Assembly (NCBI GenBank): GCA_022711765.1 | Contig: JAKLEB010000001.1 | Location: 1,186-65,185 of the forward strand | Length of the DNA stretch: 64,000 nucleotides | Origin: Candidatus Krumholzibacteriota bacterium | Lineage (GTDB): Bacteria > Krumholzibacteriota > Krumholzibacteriia > LZORAL124-64-63 | Reading direction: 5' to 3' | Shown here: positions 30,601 through 39,371 of the stretch, piece by piece | How the letters are laid out: every line of letters starts with the position of its first letter | Position numbering within the stretch: the stretch's first letter is position 1 | Notes under the pieces: generated by a model | What the model was told of the DNA's origin: nothing | What the model saw: only the letters and a program-made list of their open reading frames with translations | Database searches by the model: none | Made by a program: the position numbers and the translations under genes

Positions 30601-32406
30601 GCCAACCCCGACCTGCTGCAGGGGATCGCGTACTTCGAGGACCGCGGACTCATGCAGCTGACGCCGTACTGGTACAAGGTCACCGCCGTGGACACGTTCC
30701 TGCAGGAGAGCGATTTCTCGCCGGTCGTGACCCAGGGGACCATGCCGCCCGAGCTCACCAATTTCCCGCTGGAGTTCCAGTTGCAGACGAGCGGCCACAT
30801 CGCCGTGGGGGACATCGACGGGGACGGGCGGTTGGAGATCGTCCTCGCGTCGGACGAGGTCTACGCGTGGAACGAGGACGGCAGCGAGCTCGTCGACGGG
30901 GACAACGACGCCCAGACCACCGGTCCTTTGACGGGAGTCGACGGTCAGTTCGAGCCGTCCGGCGTGGTCCTGGCGGACCTCGACGGTGAGCCGGGGCTGG
31001 AGATCATCGCGAGCGAGCGCCTGAACGCGCGCCAGATCCACGTCTTCAGGGCGGACGGCAGCGAGCTTCCGGGCTGGCCGCGGACCATGCAGAACTCCTG
31101 GAACTGGGCGACGCCGGCGGTCGGCGACGTCGACGGCGACGGCGACAACGAGGTCGTGGTCAACGATACGGCCGGGCGCACGTTCGTCTGGCACCATACC
31201 GGAGTCGAGCTGCGCGACGGGGACAGCAACCCCGCCACCAACGGCGTGTTCGTCGATCGCGACGAGAGCTGGGGCTACTCGTCGCCCGCGCTCTTCGACC
31301 TGGACGGGGACGGCGCCTGCGAGATCATCTTCGGCACGCGCTACTTCACGCCGGGCAACGCGCTGCTCGCGTATCGTTACAACGGCAGTCAGGCGCAGAA
31401 CTTCCCGTTCACGACGGGCAGCGCGCAGATCATCTGCGCGCCGGCGATCGCCGATCTCGATCGGGACGGCGACAAGGAGATCGTCTTCTTCACGACCGCT
31501 CACTACCTCTACGCGATCCACCACAACGCGGCGGCGTACCCGGGCTTCCCGGTCTTCTTCAACACGAACTGGGACGACTCTCCGGGCCCCAGCCCGGCGG
31601 TCGGCAATTTCGACGGCGACAACGACCTGGAGATCCTCTGGCCGGTCAACGGCGGTTCGTTCCGCCTGGACCTGATCGCGGTCGACACGGGCCGCTTCGA
31701 CGGCACGACCGGCGACATCATGGCGGGCTGGCCGGTGCAGCTGCCGGCGAACTCGGAGGGCAGTCCGGTCGTGGGCGACATCAACGGCGACGGCCTCTCG
31801 GATGTCGTGCAGCCCGTCGGCAGCGACGAGACCGAAACGCCGGACCTCATCTTCGCCGTCGACCACGCGGGAGAGGGGATCCCGGGCTTCCCGATCCGGC
31901 TCGACGGGATCCCGCGCTCGACGCCGGTGATCTGCGACCTGGATCTCGACGGCGACGTGGAGGTCGTGTACGGGTCGTGGGACCGGTTGCTCCACGCCTG
32001 GGACCTGCCGGCGCCCTTCGACGCCGCGAACGTGCCGTGGCCGACCTTCCACGGCAATCCGCAGCGGACCGGCGTCGCCGTGCAGGTGAGCATCACCGGC
32101 GTCGACGATCCGGTGGTGCCGAGCATCTTCACCGTCATGCCGCCGCACCCCAATCCGTTCAATCCGGTCACCACTCTGCGCCTCTACGTGGCGCCGGGAC
32201 CGGACCGCCGGCTCGACGTGGCGGTGTACGACCTGCGGGGCCGCCGGATCCGGCAGCTGCACGCGGGCGACGCCGCGGCGGGGTGGCACGACCTGACCTG
32301 GGACGGGCGCGACGACACGGGTCGCGGCCAGGCCAGCGGCGTGTACTTCGTCCGCGCGCAGCAGGCGGCAGAGTCGCGGACCTTCAAGCTGACGCTCGTG
32401 AAATAG
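27610..32406 (+). CDS. Giant secreted protein, copy 1: gingipain-like C25 cysteine peptidase + CARDB/Ig-like + FN3 + 7x FG-GAP beta-propeller + T9SS C-terminal sorting domain
   Basis: 1598 aa from the ATG at 27610, after an AGGAGG ribosome-binding site. Signal peptide MSRRMVVTPLIVIAVSLSSLVLAAQG. The C25-like catalytic region shows His (QFGHGHYFNMSVGD) and Cys (LLFAVNCASGAFD) in a gingipain-like arrangement. NGNGNGVAEAGETISL CARDB-like repeats are present. An FN3 domain is present (LRWDPVGG...YHVYRAA...YWYKVTAVD). There are seven FG-GAP-type calcium-binding repeats (GDIDGDGRLEIV, GDVDGDGDNEVVV, FDLDGDGACEIIFG, ADLDRDGDKEIVF, GNFDGDNDLEILW, GDINGDGLSDVV, CDLDLDGDVEVVYG). The C-terminus (PNPFNPVTTLRLYV...VAVYDLRGRRIRQL...WDGRDDTGRGQASGVYFVRAQ...RTFKLTLVK) matches the T9SS type-A sorting domain. 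Confidence 0.8.
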   Translation: MSRRMVVTPLIVIAVSLSSLVLAAQGPVLYEGTLEPDQFAWTELADGSYRLDLGGGRSLGVTDLADLPAIDLLLLVPADLAIAGVEVEPLAIRSIVAPGRLALAGALASSAGDLLPQRDLEPAGGMFPPSWGAFGGVHSWRGYRLLAVTVHPARLRDGDPGSPARLDVLERFAIRAVSTGAPAASPPLARERLVAGERSRLERLLRPLVANPEAVTSYQREDGAALDKSGAPFLPTPNPSLEGSGIRYLIVTSAALAPEFQRLADHRTRQGLPALVVTREWISANFRRGVDFQETLRMFLQDAYAKWGVEYLLLGGDTEIVPTRTIRSNFYPYGGHTDIPTDTYYAALDGNWGADGDGWLGEPYVTEGNPGDNADLAPELAVARAPVRSLLGAQQFVDKVLGYEATPAGALWANRILFAAEVLFPSPWHPGEPITLDGAQYAQTLIDTIIESCSTMSYVRMYETAQLYPRDAPLTRAALIDSLNTGHYGHVDQFGHGHYFNMSVGDANFTVSDADALHNPHHFLLFAVNCASGAFDFSCLMERFVENPDGGAIVSVSAAREAFPSNSFGYQSTFYGAMVCDGVLRVPDAFNVARLQFIGNTSRNTVDRWTQLNAAIIGDPATGIWCGPPLAPSITAPANLAVGEQTVQVQVVAGGRPAVGADVCLVKDGETYAWAVTDPAGQASLTIVPQTAGTVTLTVSGANLVRTTRTIPVAGSATYVAMTGFGIGDQSPNGNGNGVAEAGETISLALQLQDLGGGGATGLNVTLTSDDPQLVVLDGTASAGNIAPGGSTTNLDPLVVKPQTIMRDGLRIAMRIVVTANGGGSWVSNGLLEVRVPEPEVARLVVDDSVYGDGDGVAESNERLVLRPYVKNYGSGRLDQLVAQVTNAAAGVTVHSAFAFYANVDLLEEETYQSGELSVTLANIGQLQPCRVDFQDNYGRTFTQPLEFNEPAAPGLPAADATIASDAIALRWDPVGGAATLGYHVYRAAAEAGPFSRANPDLLQGIAYFEDRGLMQLTPYWYKVTAVDTFLQESDFSPVVTQGTMPPELTNFPLEFQLQTSGHIAVGDIDGDGRLEIVLASDEVYAWNEDGSELVDGDNDAQTTGPLTGVDGQFEPSGVVLADLDGEPGLEIIASERLNARQIHVFRADGSELPGWPRTMQNSWNWATPAVGDVDGDGDNEVVVNDTAGRTFVWHHTGVELRDGDSNPATNGVFVDRDESWGYSSPALFDLDGDGACEIIFGTRYFTPGNALLAYRYNGSQAQNFPFTTGSAQIICAPAIADLDRDGDKEIVFFTTAHYLYAIHHNAAAYPGFPVFFNTNWDDSPGPSPAVGNFDGDNDLEILWPVNGGSFRLDLIAVDTGRFDGTTGDIMAGWPVQLPANSEGSPVVGDINGDGLSDVVQPVGSDETETPDLIFAVDHAGEGIPGFPIRLDGIPRSTPVICDLDLDGDVEVVYGSWDRLLHAWDLPAPFDAANVPWPTFHGNPQRTGVAVQVSITGVDDPVVPSIFTVMPPHPNPFNPVTTLRLYVAPGPDRRLDVAVYDLRGRRIRQLHAGDAAAGWHDLTWDGRDDTGRGQASGVYFVRAQQAAESRTFKLTLVK

Positions 32407-32424
32407 GCGTCGGCTCGGAGCACA

Positions 32425-32460
32425 GCGCCGGGACCCGCCAGCGGCGGGCCCGGCGCTTCT
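32425..32460 (+). terminator. GC-rich stem-loop (putative intrinsic terminator) after copy 1
   Basis: GCGCCGGGaCCCGCC-agc-GGCGGGCCCGGCGC forms a 14-bp stem with one bulge. It is followed by TTCT, a weak U-tract. It is duplicated at 37600..37635. Confidence 0.4.
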
Positions 32461-32666
32461 GCGCGCGCCGACCCGTCCGGTCCGCTCGATCGCGAATCTG
32501 GGAGACCGGCCGGCGCTCGTGCTGGCGCCTACATGTGCTGACCGGTCTTGTCGGATCTCGCGGCGCGGGAGTTCTCGGGCGCCGGACGCTGCGACGCATA
32601 ATTCCGGAGAATACCGGGCTGATCGACCCTGTCGACGACTCCATTGGCAACTTCGATTCTCCTGAT

Positions 32667-32695
32667 TTGACTCGTTTCTTTATTTGTGGTAAGAT
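32667..32695 (+). promoter_or_regulatory. AT-rich sigma70-like promoter TTGACT-N17-TAAGAT for giant gene copy 2
   Basis: -35 TTGACT at 32667-32672, 17-nt spacer, -10 TAAGAT at 32690-32695. It is homologous to the copy-1 promoter but with a better -35 hexamer. Confidence 0.5.
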
Positions 32696-32784
32696 CATCT
32701 CCTTGGTTTGCCCAGGAACGGTCGTCACCGGGCGATCGCGTCTACGGCTCGATCCGCATGCACGCGCGACCCAGGAGGATAGGC

Positions 32785-35700
32785 ATGAGCCGCCGCATGG
32801 TCGTAACCCCGCTCATCGTCATCGCCGTCTCGCTCAGTTCCCTGGTCCTGGCCGCGCAGGGTCCTGTGCTCTACGAAGGAACGTTGGAACCGGATCAGTT
32901 CGCCTGGACCGAGCTGGCCGATGGGTCGTACCGGCTCGACCTCGGCGGTGGTCGCTCGCTCGGGGTCACGGACCTGGCGGACCTGCCGGCGATCGACCTC
33001 CTGTTGCTCGTGCCCGCCGACCTGGCGATCGCCGGCGTCGAGGTCGAACCGCTCGCGATCCGCTCGATCGTTGCGCCCGGCCGCCTGGCGCTGGCGGGCG
33101 CCCTGGCGTCGAGCGCCGGCGACCTCCTGCCGCAGCGTGACCTGGAGCCGGCCGGTGGCATGTTCCCGCCGAGCTGGGGCGCCTTCGGCGGCGTTCACAG
33201 CTGGCGGGGCTACCGGTTGCTCGCCGTGACCGTGCACCCGGCGCGCCTGCGCGACGGCGATCCCGGGTCGCCCGCGCGCCTGGACGTGCTGGAGCGGTTC
33301 GCGATCCGCGCGGTCTCGACCGGCGCGCCCGCCGCGAGCCCGCCCCTCGCTCGCGAGCGTCTCGTCGCCGGGGAGCGCAGCCGCCTGGAACGGCTGTTGC
33401 GCCCGCTCGTGGCGAATCCGGAGGCGGTGACGAGCTATCAGCGCGAGGACGGGGCTGCGCTCGACAAGTCGGGCGCTCCCTTCCTGCCCACGCCCAACCC
33501 CAGCCTCGAAGGAAGCGGGATCCGGTACCTGATCGTGACGTCGGCGGCGCTGGCGCCCGAGTTCCAGCGCCTGGCGGACCACCGCACGCGCCAGGGATTG
33601 CCGGCGCTCGTGGTGACGCGCGAGTGGATCTCCGCGAATTTCCGTCGCGGCGTCGATTTCCAGGAGACCCTGAGGATGTTCCTGCAGGACGCGTACGCCA
33701 AGTGGGGCGTGGAGTACCTGCTGCTCGGCGGGGACACGGAGATCGTGCCGACCCGCACGATCCGGAGCAACTTCTATCCGTACGGCGGGCACACGGACAT
33801 CCCGACCGACACGTACTACGCCGCGCTCGATGGGAACTGGGGCGCCGACGGCGACGGCTGGCTCGGCGAGCCGTACGTCACGGAGGGCAACCCCGGCGAC
33901 AACGCCGATCTCGCGCCGGAACTCGCCGTGGCGCGGGCGCCGGTGCGCAGCCTCCTCGGCGCCCAGCAGTTCGTGGACAAGGTGCTGGGCTACGAGGCGA
34001 CGCCGGCCGGCGCGCTCTGGGCGAACCGGATCCTCTTCGCCGCGGAGGTGCTCTTCCCGTCGCCCTGGCATCCGGGCGAACCCATCACGCTCGATGGCGC
34101 CCAGTACGCGCAGACCTTGATCGACACCATCATCGAGTCGTGCTCGACCATGTCCTATGTGCGCATGTACGAGACCGCGCAGCTCTATCCGCGCGACGCT
34201 CCGCTGACCCGCGCGGCCCTGATCGACTCGCTCAACACCGGCCACTACGGCCACGTGGACCAGTTCGGCCACGGGCACTACTTCAACATGTCGGTCGGCG
34301 ACGCGAACTTCACGGTGTCCGACGCGGACGCTCTCCACAATCCGCATCACTTCCTGCTCTTCGCCGTGAACTGCGCGTCGGGCGCGTTCGATTTCTCGTG
34401 CTTGATGGAGCGGTTCGTCGAGAATCCCGACGGCGGCGCGATCGTCTCGGTCAGCGCCGCGCGTGAAGCATTCCCCTCCAATTCCTTCGGCTACCAGTCG
34501 ACGTTCTACGGCGCCATGGTCTGCGACGGCGTGCTCCGCGTCCCCGACGCGTTCAACGTGGCGCGCCTGCAGTTCATCGGCAACACGTCGCGCAACACGG
34601 TCGACCGCTGGACGCAGCTCAATGCGGCGATCATCGGCGATCCCGCGACCGGCATCTGGTGCGGTCCGCCGCTGGCGCCCTCGATCACGGCGCCCGCCAA
34701 TCTCGCCGTTGGCGAGCAGACGGTGCAGGTCCAGGTCGTGGCGGGCGGTCGGCCGGCGGTCGGCGCCGACGTCTGTCTGGTCAAGGACGGCGAGACGTAC
34801 GCGTGGGCCGTCACCGATCCGGCGGGTCAGGCGTCGCTGACGATCGTCCCGCAGACGGCGGGCACGGTCACCTTGACGGTTTCGGGCGCCAACCTCGTGC
34901 GGACGACCCGCACGATCCCGGTCGCCGGCAGCGCGACGTACGTGGCCATGACCGGATTCGGGATCGGCGACCAGTCGCCCAACGGCAACGGCAACGGCGT
35001 CGCCGAGGCCGGCGAGACGATTTCGCTGGCGCTGCAGTTGCAGGATCTCGGCGGCGGCGGCGCGACCGGGCTGAATGTCACGTTGACCAGCGACGATCCG
35101 CAGCTCGTGGTGCTCGACGGCACGGCGAGCGCGGGCAACATCGCGCCGGGCGGATCGACCACCAACCTGGACCCGCTCGTGGTCAAGCCGCAGACCATCA
35201 TGCGTGACGGTTTGCGCATCGCGATGCGGATCGTCGTGACGGCGAACGGCGGCGGCAGCTGGGTCAGCAACGGCCTGCTCGAGGTGCGGGTGCCCGAGCC
35301 GGAGGTCGCGCGCCTCGTCGTCGACGACTCCGTCTACGGCGACGGCGACGGCGTGGCGGAGAGCAACGAACGCCTGGTCCTGCGTCCGTACGTGAAGAAC
35401 TACGGCAGCGGACGACTCGACCAGCTCGTCGCGCAGGTGACGAACGCGGCGGCGGGGGTCACGGTGCACAGCGCCTTCGCGTTCTACGCCAACGTCGACC
35501 TGCTGGAGGAGGAGACCTACCAGTCGGGCGAGCTCTCGGTGACCCTGGCCAACATCGGGCAGCTCCAGCCGTGCCGCGTCGATTTCCAGGACAACTACGG
35601 GCGCACCTTCACCCAGCCGCTCGAATTCAACGAGCCGGCGGCTCCCGGCCTGCCGGCCGCCGACGCGACGATCGCGTCGGACGCGATCGCGCTGCGCTGG

Positions 35701-37581
35701 GACCCGGTCGGCGGGGCGGCGACCCTGGGCTACCACGTCTATCGCGCGGCGGCCGAGGCGGGGCCGTTCAGCCGGGCCAACCCCGACCTGCTGCAGGGGA
35801 TCGCGTACTTCGAGGACCGCGGACTCATGCAGCTGACGCCGTACTGGTACAAGGTCACCGCCGTGGACACGTTCCTGCAGGAGAGCGATTTCTCGCCGGT
35901 CGTGACCCAGGGGACCATGCCGCCCGAGCTCACCAATTTCCCGCTGGAGTTCCAGTTGCAGACGAGCGGCCACATCGCCGTGGGGGACATCGACGGGGAC
36001 GGGCGGTTGGAGATCGTCCTCGCGTCGGACGAGGTCTACGCGTGGAACGAGGACGGCAGCGAGCTCGTCGACGGGGACAACGACGCCCAGACCACCGGTC
36101 CTTTGACGGGAGTCGACGGTCAGTTCGAGCCGTCCGGCGTGGTCCTGGCGGACCTCGACGGTGAGCCGGGGCTGGAGATCATCGCGAGCGAGCGCCTGAA
36201 CGCGCGCCAGATCCACGTCTTCAGGGCGGACGGCAGCGAGCTTCCGGGCTGGCCGCGGACCATGCAGAACTCCTGGAACTGGGCGACGCCGGCGGTCGGC
36301 GACGTCGACGGCGACGGCGACAACGAGGTCGTGGTCAACGATACGGCCGGGCGCACGTTCGTCTGGCACCATACCGGAGTCGAGCTGCGCGACGGGGACA
36401 GCAACCCCGCCACCAACGGCGTGTTCGTCGATCGCGACGAGAGCTGGGGCTACTCGTCGCCCGCGCTCTTCGACCTGGACGGGGACGGCGCCTGCGAGAT
36501 CATCTTCGGCACGCGCTACTTCACGCCGGGCAACGCGCTGCTCGCGTATCGTTACAACGGCAGTCAGGCGCAGAACTTCCCGTTCACGACGGGCAGCGCG
36601 CAGATCATCTGCGCGCCGGCGATCGCCGATCTCGATCGGGACGGCGACAAGGAGATCGTCTTCTTCACGACCGCTCACTACCTCTACGCGATCCACCACA
36701 ACGCGGCGGCGTACCCGGGCTTCCCGGTCTTCTTCAACACGAACTGGGACGACTCTCCGGGCCCCAGCCCGGCGGTCGGCAATTTCGACGGCGACAACGA
36801 CCTGGAGATCCTCTGGCCGGTCAACGGCGGTTCGTTCCGCCTGGACCTGATCGCGGTCGACACGGGCCGCTTCGACGGCACGACCGGCGACATCATGGCG
36901 GGCTGGCCGGTGCAGCTGCCGGCGAACTCGGAGGGCAGTCCGGTCGTGGGCGACATCAACGGCGACGGCCTCTCGGATGTCGTGCAGCCCGTCGGCAGCG
37001 ACGAGACCGAAACGCCGGACCTCATCTTCGCCGTCGACCACGCGGGAGAGGGGATCCCGGGCTTCCCGATCCGGCTCGACGGGATCCCGCGCTCGACGCC
37101 GGTGATCTGCGACCTGGATCTCGACGGCGACGTGGAGGTCGTGTACGGGTCGTGGGACCGGTTGCTCCACGCCTGGGACCTGCCGGCGCCCTTCGACGCC
37201 GCGAACGTGCCGTGGCCGACCTTCCACGGCAATCCGCAGCGGACCGGCGTCGCCGTGCAGGTGAGCATCACCGGCGTCGACGATCCGGTGGTGCCGAGCA
37301 TCTTCACCGTCATGCCGCCGCACCCCAATCCGTTCAATCCGGTCACCACTCTGCGCCTCTACGTGGCGCCGGGACCGGACCGCCGGCTCGACGTGGCGGT
37401 GTACGACCTGCGGGGCCGCCGGATCCGGCAGCTGCACGCGGGCGACGCCGCGGCGGGGTGGCACGACCTGACCTGGGACGGGCGCGACGACACGGGTCGC
37501 GGCCAGGCCAGCGGCGTGTACTTCGTCCGTGCGCAGCAGGCGGCAGAGTCGCGGACGTTCAAGCTGACGCTCGTGAAATAG
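32785..37581 (+). CDS. Giant secreted protein, copy 2 (identical protein): C25 peptidase + CARDB + FN3 + FG-GAP propeller + T9SS CTD
   Basis: 1598 aa. The protein is identical to copy 1. At the DNA level there are only two synonymous differences near the 3' end (CGC to CGT, ACC to ACG). Confidence 0.8.
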   Translation: MSRRMVVTPLIVIAVSLSSLVLAAQGPVLYEGTLEPDQFAWTELADGSYRLDLGGGRSLGVTDLADLPAIDLLLLVPADLAIAGVEVEPLAIRSIVAPGRLALAGALASSAGDLLPQRDLEPAGGMFPPSWGAFGGVHSWRGYRLLAVTVHPARLRDGDPGSPARLDVLERFAIRAVSTGAPAASPPLARERLVAGERSRLERLLRPLVANPEAVTSYQREDGAALDKSGAPFLPTPNPSLEGSGIRYLIVTSAALAPEFQRLADHRTRQGLPALVVTREWISANFRRGVDFQETLRMFLQDAYAKWGVEYLLLGGDTEIVPTRTIRSNFYPYGGHTDIPTDTYYAALDGNWGADGDGWLGEPYVTEGNPGDNADLAPELAVARAPVRSLLGAQQFVDKVLGYEATPAGALWANRILFAAEVLFPSPWHPGEPITLDGAQYAQTLIDTIIESCSTMSYVRMYETAQLYPRDAPLTRAALIDSLNTGHYGHVDQFGHGHYFNMSVGDANFTVSDADALHNPHHFLLFAVNCASGAFDFSCLMERFVENPDGGAIVSVSAAREAFPSNSFGYQSTFYGAMVCDGVLRVPDAFNVARLQFIGNTSRNTVDRWTQLNAAIIGDPATGIWCGPPLAPSITAPANLAVGEQTVQVQVVAGGRPAVGADVCLVKDGETYAWAVTDPAGQASLTIVPQTAGTVTLTVSGANLVRTTRTIPVAGSATYVAMTGFGIGDQSPNGNGNGVAEAGETISLALQLQDLGGGGATGLNVTLTSDDPQLVVLDGTASAGNIAPGGSTTNLDPLVVKPQTIMRDGLRIAMRIVVTANGGGSWVSNGLLEVRVPEPEVARLVVDDSVYGDGDGVAESNERLVLRPYVKNYGSGRLDQLVAQVTNAAAGVTVHSAFAFYANVDLLEEETYQSGELSVTLANIGQLQPCRVDFQDNYGRTFTQPLEFNEPAAPGLPAADATIASDAIALRWDPVGGAATLGYHVYRAAAEAGPFSRANPDLLQGIAYFEDRGLMQLTPYWYKVTAVDTFLQESDFSPVVTQGTMPPELTNFPLEFQLQTSGHIAVGDIDGDGRLEIVLASDEVYAWNEDGSELVDGDNDAQTTGPLTGVDGQFEPSGVVLADLDGEPGLEIIASERLNARQIHVFRADGSELPGWPRTMQNSWNWATPAVGDVDGDGDNEVVVNDTAGRTFVWHHTGVELRDGDSNPATNGVFVDRDESWGYSSPALFDLDGDGACEIIFGTRYFTPGNALLAYRYNGSQAQNFPFTTGSAQIICAPAIADLDRDGDKEIVFFTTAHYLYAIHHNAAAYPGFPVFFNTNWDDSPGPSPAVGNFDGDNDLEILWPVNGGSFRLDLIAVDTGRFDGTTGDIMAGWPVQLPANSEGSPVVGDINGDGLSDVVQPVGSDETETPDLIFAVDHAGEGIPGFPIRLDGIPRSTPVICDLDLDGDVEVVYGSWDRLLHAWDLPAPFDAANVPWPTFHGNPQRTGVAVQVSITGVDDPVVPSIFTVMPPHPNPFNPVTTLRLYVAPGPDRRLDVAVYDLRGRRIRQLHAGDAAAGWHDLTWDGRDDTGRGQASGVYFVRAQQAAESRTFKLTLVK

Positions 37582-37599
37582 GCGTCGGCTCGGAGCACA

Positions 37600-37635
37600 G
37601 CGCCGGGACCCGCCAGCGGCGGGCCCGGCGCTTCT
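37600..37635 (+). terminator. GC-rich stem-loop (putative intrinsic terminator) after copy 2
   Basis: Identical hairpin to 32425..32460. Confidence 0.4.
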
Positions 37636-37730
37636 GCGCGCGCTCCCCGCGAACGCGACCGATCGCCTCATCACTTGACCGGGATCGCCGCGGCCACCTA
37701 GCATCACGGCAAGCCGAGCGAGGAGTTCGC

Positions 37731-39371
37731 ATGAGATCGATCGCGCCGGGCGACCGCTCAGGGTGGCTGGTCGCCGTCGTTTTGGGAATGGTGGCGGGCT
37801 GCCAGGGGGATGCGCCGCAGCCTGCGCCTCCGGCGGACGCGACCGCCGCGCCGTCGCGCGGCGGAACGGTCGTCGTGGCGCTGCCCGACGAGCCGGATGT
37901 CCTCAATTCCCTGATCCGCACGTCCGCAGTCGCCGGTTCGGTGCTCTCGCTGCTGCAGGCGGGGCTCGCGGAGATGGGTGAGGATCTGCAGTGGTACCCG
38001 ATGATCGCCGAGCGCTGGGAGGTCGCGCCGGACAGCCTCGCGATCACCTACCACCTGCGCCCGTGGACCTGGGAGGACGGGACGCCGCTGACCGCCGACG
38101 ACGTGCGGGCGAGCTACGAGCTCCTGACCGATCCGCGCATCGCCAGCCCGCGCGCCGATCAGCTGCGACCCGTTGTCAGGGTGACGACGCCGGACCTCGC
38201 GACGGTCCGGTATGAATTCGCGGCGCCCCAGGCGCAGGCAGTCCAGACGACCGTCCACTCGCTGTTGCCGGCTCACCGCGTGCGCTCGCTGGATCCGAGC
38301 GCCGTCGCGACCTGGCCGTTGAATCGATCGCCGCTCGCGTCCGGCCCATTCCGGCTCGAATCGTGGGAACCGGGACGCCAGCTCGTGCTGGCGCCGAATC
38401 CACACTATCCTCTGGCGGCTCCCTGGCTCGATCGCGTCATCCTGCGCATCGTGCCCGACGAGACGGCGCGCGTCATGGCGCTGGAGACCGGCGAGATCGA
38501 TCTCGTCTTCGACGTGCCGGCGACGGCCGCGGCGCGCCTGGCGACGGATCCGCAGCTGCGGGTCGTGGAAGTCCCGGGTCGCGTCTTCGCCTTCCTGATG
38601 TGGAACGTGCGCCGACCGGTCCTGCGGGATCCGGCGGTCCGTCGCGCACTGTCCCTGGCCCTGGATCGCGAGCGGTTCGTGGCCGCCCTGACGGGCGGTT
38701 TCGGCGCGCCGGCCGCGTCCTACTTGCCGCCGGCGCTCTGGAACCACCACCGCGGGCTGGTGCCCGATCCCTGCCGGCCCGATTCGGCCGCCGCCCTGCT
38801 CGCCGCGGCGGGGTGGGTGGACCACGACGGCGACGGCGTGCGGGAACGATCGGGCGTGCCGTTGCGCCTGGAGGTGATCTTCCGGGGCGGCGACACCGCG
38901 CGGGAAAACGGCGTTGCGCTCGTGCGCCGGTATCTGACCGCGGTCGGCGTCGATGTCTCGTTGCGTGCGCTGGAGCTGGCGACGGCGCTCGAGTTCCTGC
39001 GCGCGGGTCGTTTCGACGCGTATTTCGGAGAATACCAGGCCAACCTCTACGCGGACCCCTCGCCGCTCGTGCGGTCCGGCGCGAGCGATCGCTTCAATTT
39101 CGGCGGCTACGCGAACGCGCGCGTCGATTCCCTGCTCGACCGCGCGCTCGCGGAGCCGGACCGGACGCGAAGTCTGCCCATCTGGTACGCGGTGCAGGAA
39201 GCGCTGGTCGCCGACCCGCCGGCCGCGGTGCTGTATTATCCGCGCCAGCTGGTCGCCTACAATCGACGTGTGCGCGACGTGCGCCCACACCTGCTCTCGC
39301 CGCTCAACAATCTCGCGGAGTGGTGGATCGCACCCGCGGACCGCCGCTGGGCGGATTCCAGTTCGCGGTAA
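37731..39371 (+). CDS. ABC-transporter solute-binding protein family 5 (oligopeptide/nickel-type), lipoprotein, orphan
   Basis: 546 aa from the ATG at 37731, after a GAGGAG ribosome-binding site. Lipoprotein signal with lipobox (VAVVLGMVAGC). SBP_bac_5-like throughout. No permease or ATPase genes are adjacent. Confidence 0.75.
   Translation: MRSIAPGDRSGWLVAVVLGMVAGCQGDAPQPAPPADATAAPSRGGTVVVALPDEPDVLNSLIRTSAVAGSVLSLLQAGLAEMGEDLQWYPMIAERWEVAPDSLAITYHLRPWTWEDGTPLTADDVRASYELLTDPRIASPRADQLRPVVRVTTPDLATVRYEFAAPQAQAVQTTVHSLLPAHRVRSLDPSAVATWPLNRSPLASGPFRLESWEPGRQLVLAPNPHYPLAAPWLDRVILRIVPDETARVMALETGEIDLVFDVPATAAARLATDPQLRVVEVPGRVFAFLMWNVRRPVLRDPAVRRALSLALDRERFVAALTGGFGAPAASYLPPALWNHHRGLVPDPCRPDSAAALLAAAGWVDHDGDGVRERSGVPLRLEVIFRGGDTARENGVALVRRYLTAVGVDVSLRALELATALEFLRAGRFDAYFGEYQANLYADPSPLVRSGASDRFNFGGYANARVDSLLDRALAEPDRTRSLPIWYAVQEALVADPPAAVLYYPRQLVAYNRRVRDVRPHLLSPLNNLAEWWIAPADRRWADSSSR

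Larger units (their letters stand above)
27483..32468 (+). repeat. Tandem duplication, copy 1 (promoter + giant C25/FG-GAP/T9SS gene + hairpin)
   Basis: About 4.99 kb, essentially identical to 32657..37643 at an offset of 5175 bp. The interior is 100% identical. There are 4 mismatches in the first 30 nt of the promoter region and 2 synonymous SNPs in the last 60 nt of the CDS. Confidence 0.9.
32657..37643 (+). repeat. Tandem duplication, copy 2
   Basis: Second copy of the 4.99-kb unit. It is separated from copy 1 by about 190 bp of unique sequence (32469..32656). Confidence 0.9.

Noticed and set aside
27550-32289. 1579-aa minus-strand ORF (and its 1660-aa twin at 32725..37707) lying exactly antisense to the giant peptidase genes
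   Set aside because: It is an antisense shadow ORF of a 70%-GC coding region. The translation is Arg/Ala/Gly/Pro-rich low-complexity sequence with no domains. The + strand protein has coherent domain architecture, a signal peptide and a ribosome-binding site.
27483-37643. Mobile element or IS-mediated duplication
   Set aside because: There is no transposase, integrase, terminal inverted repeats or target-site duplication at the repeat boundaries. The unit is a complete gene with its own promoter and hairpin, which is more consistent with segmental duplication or gene conversion.
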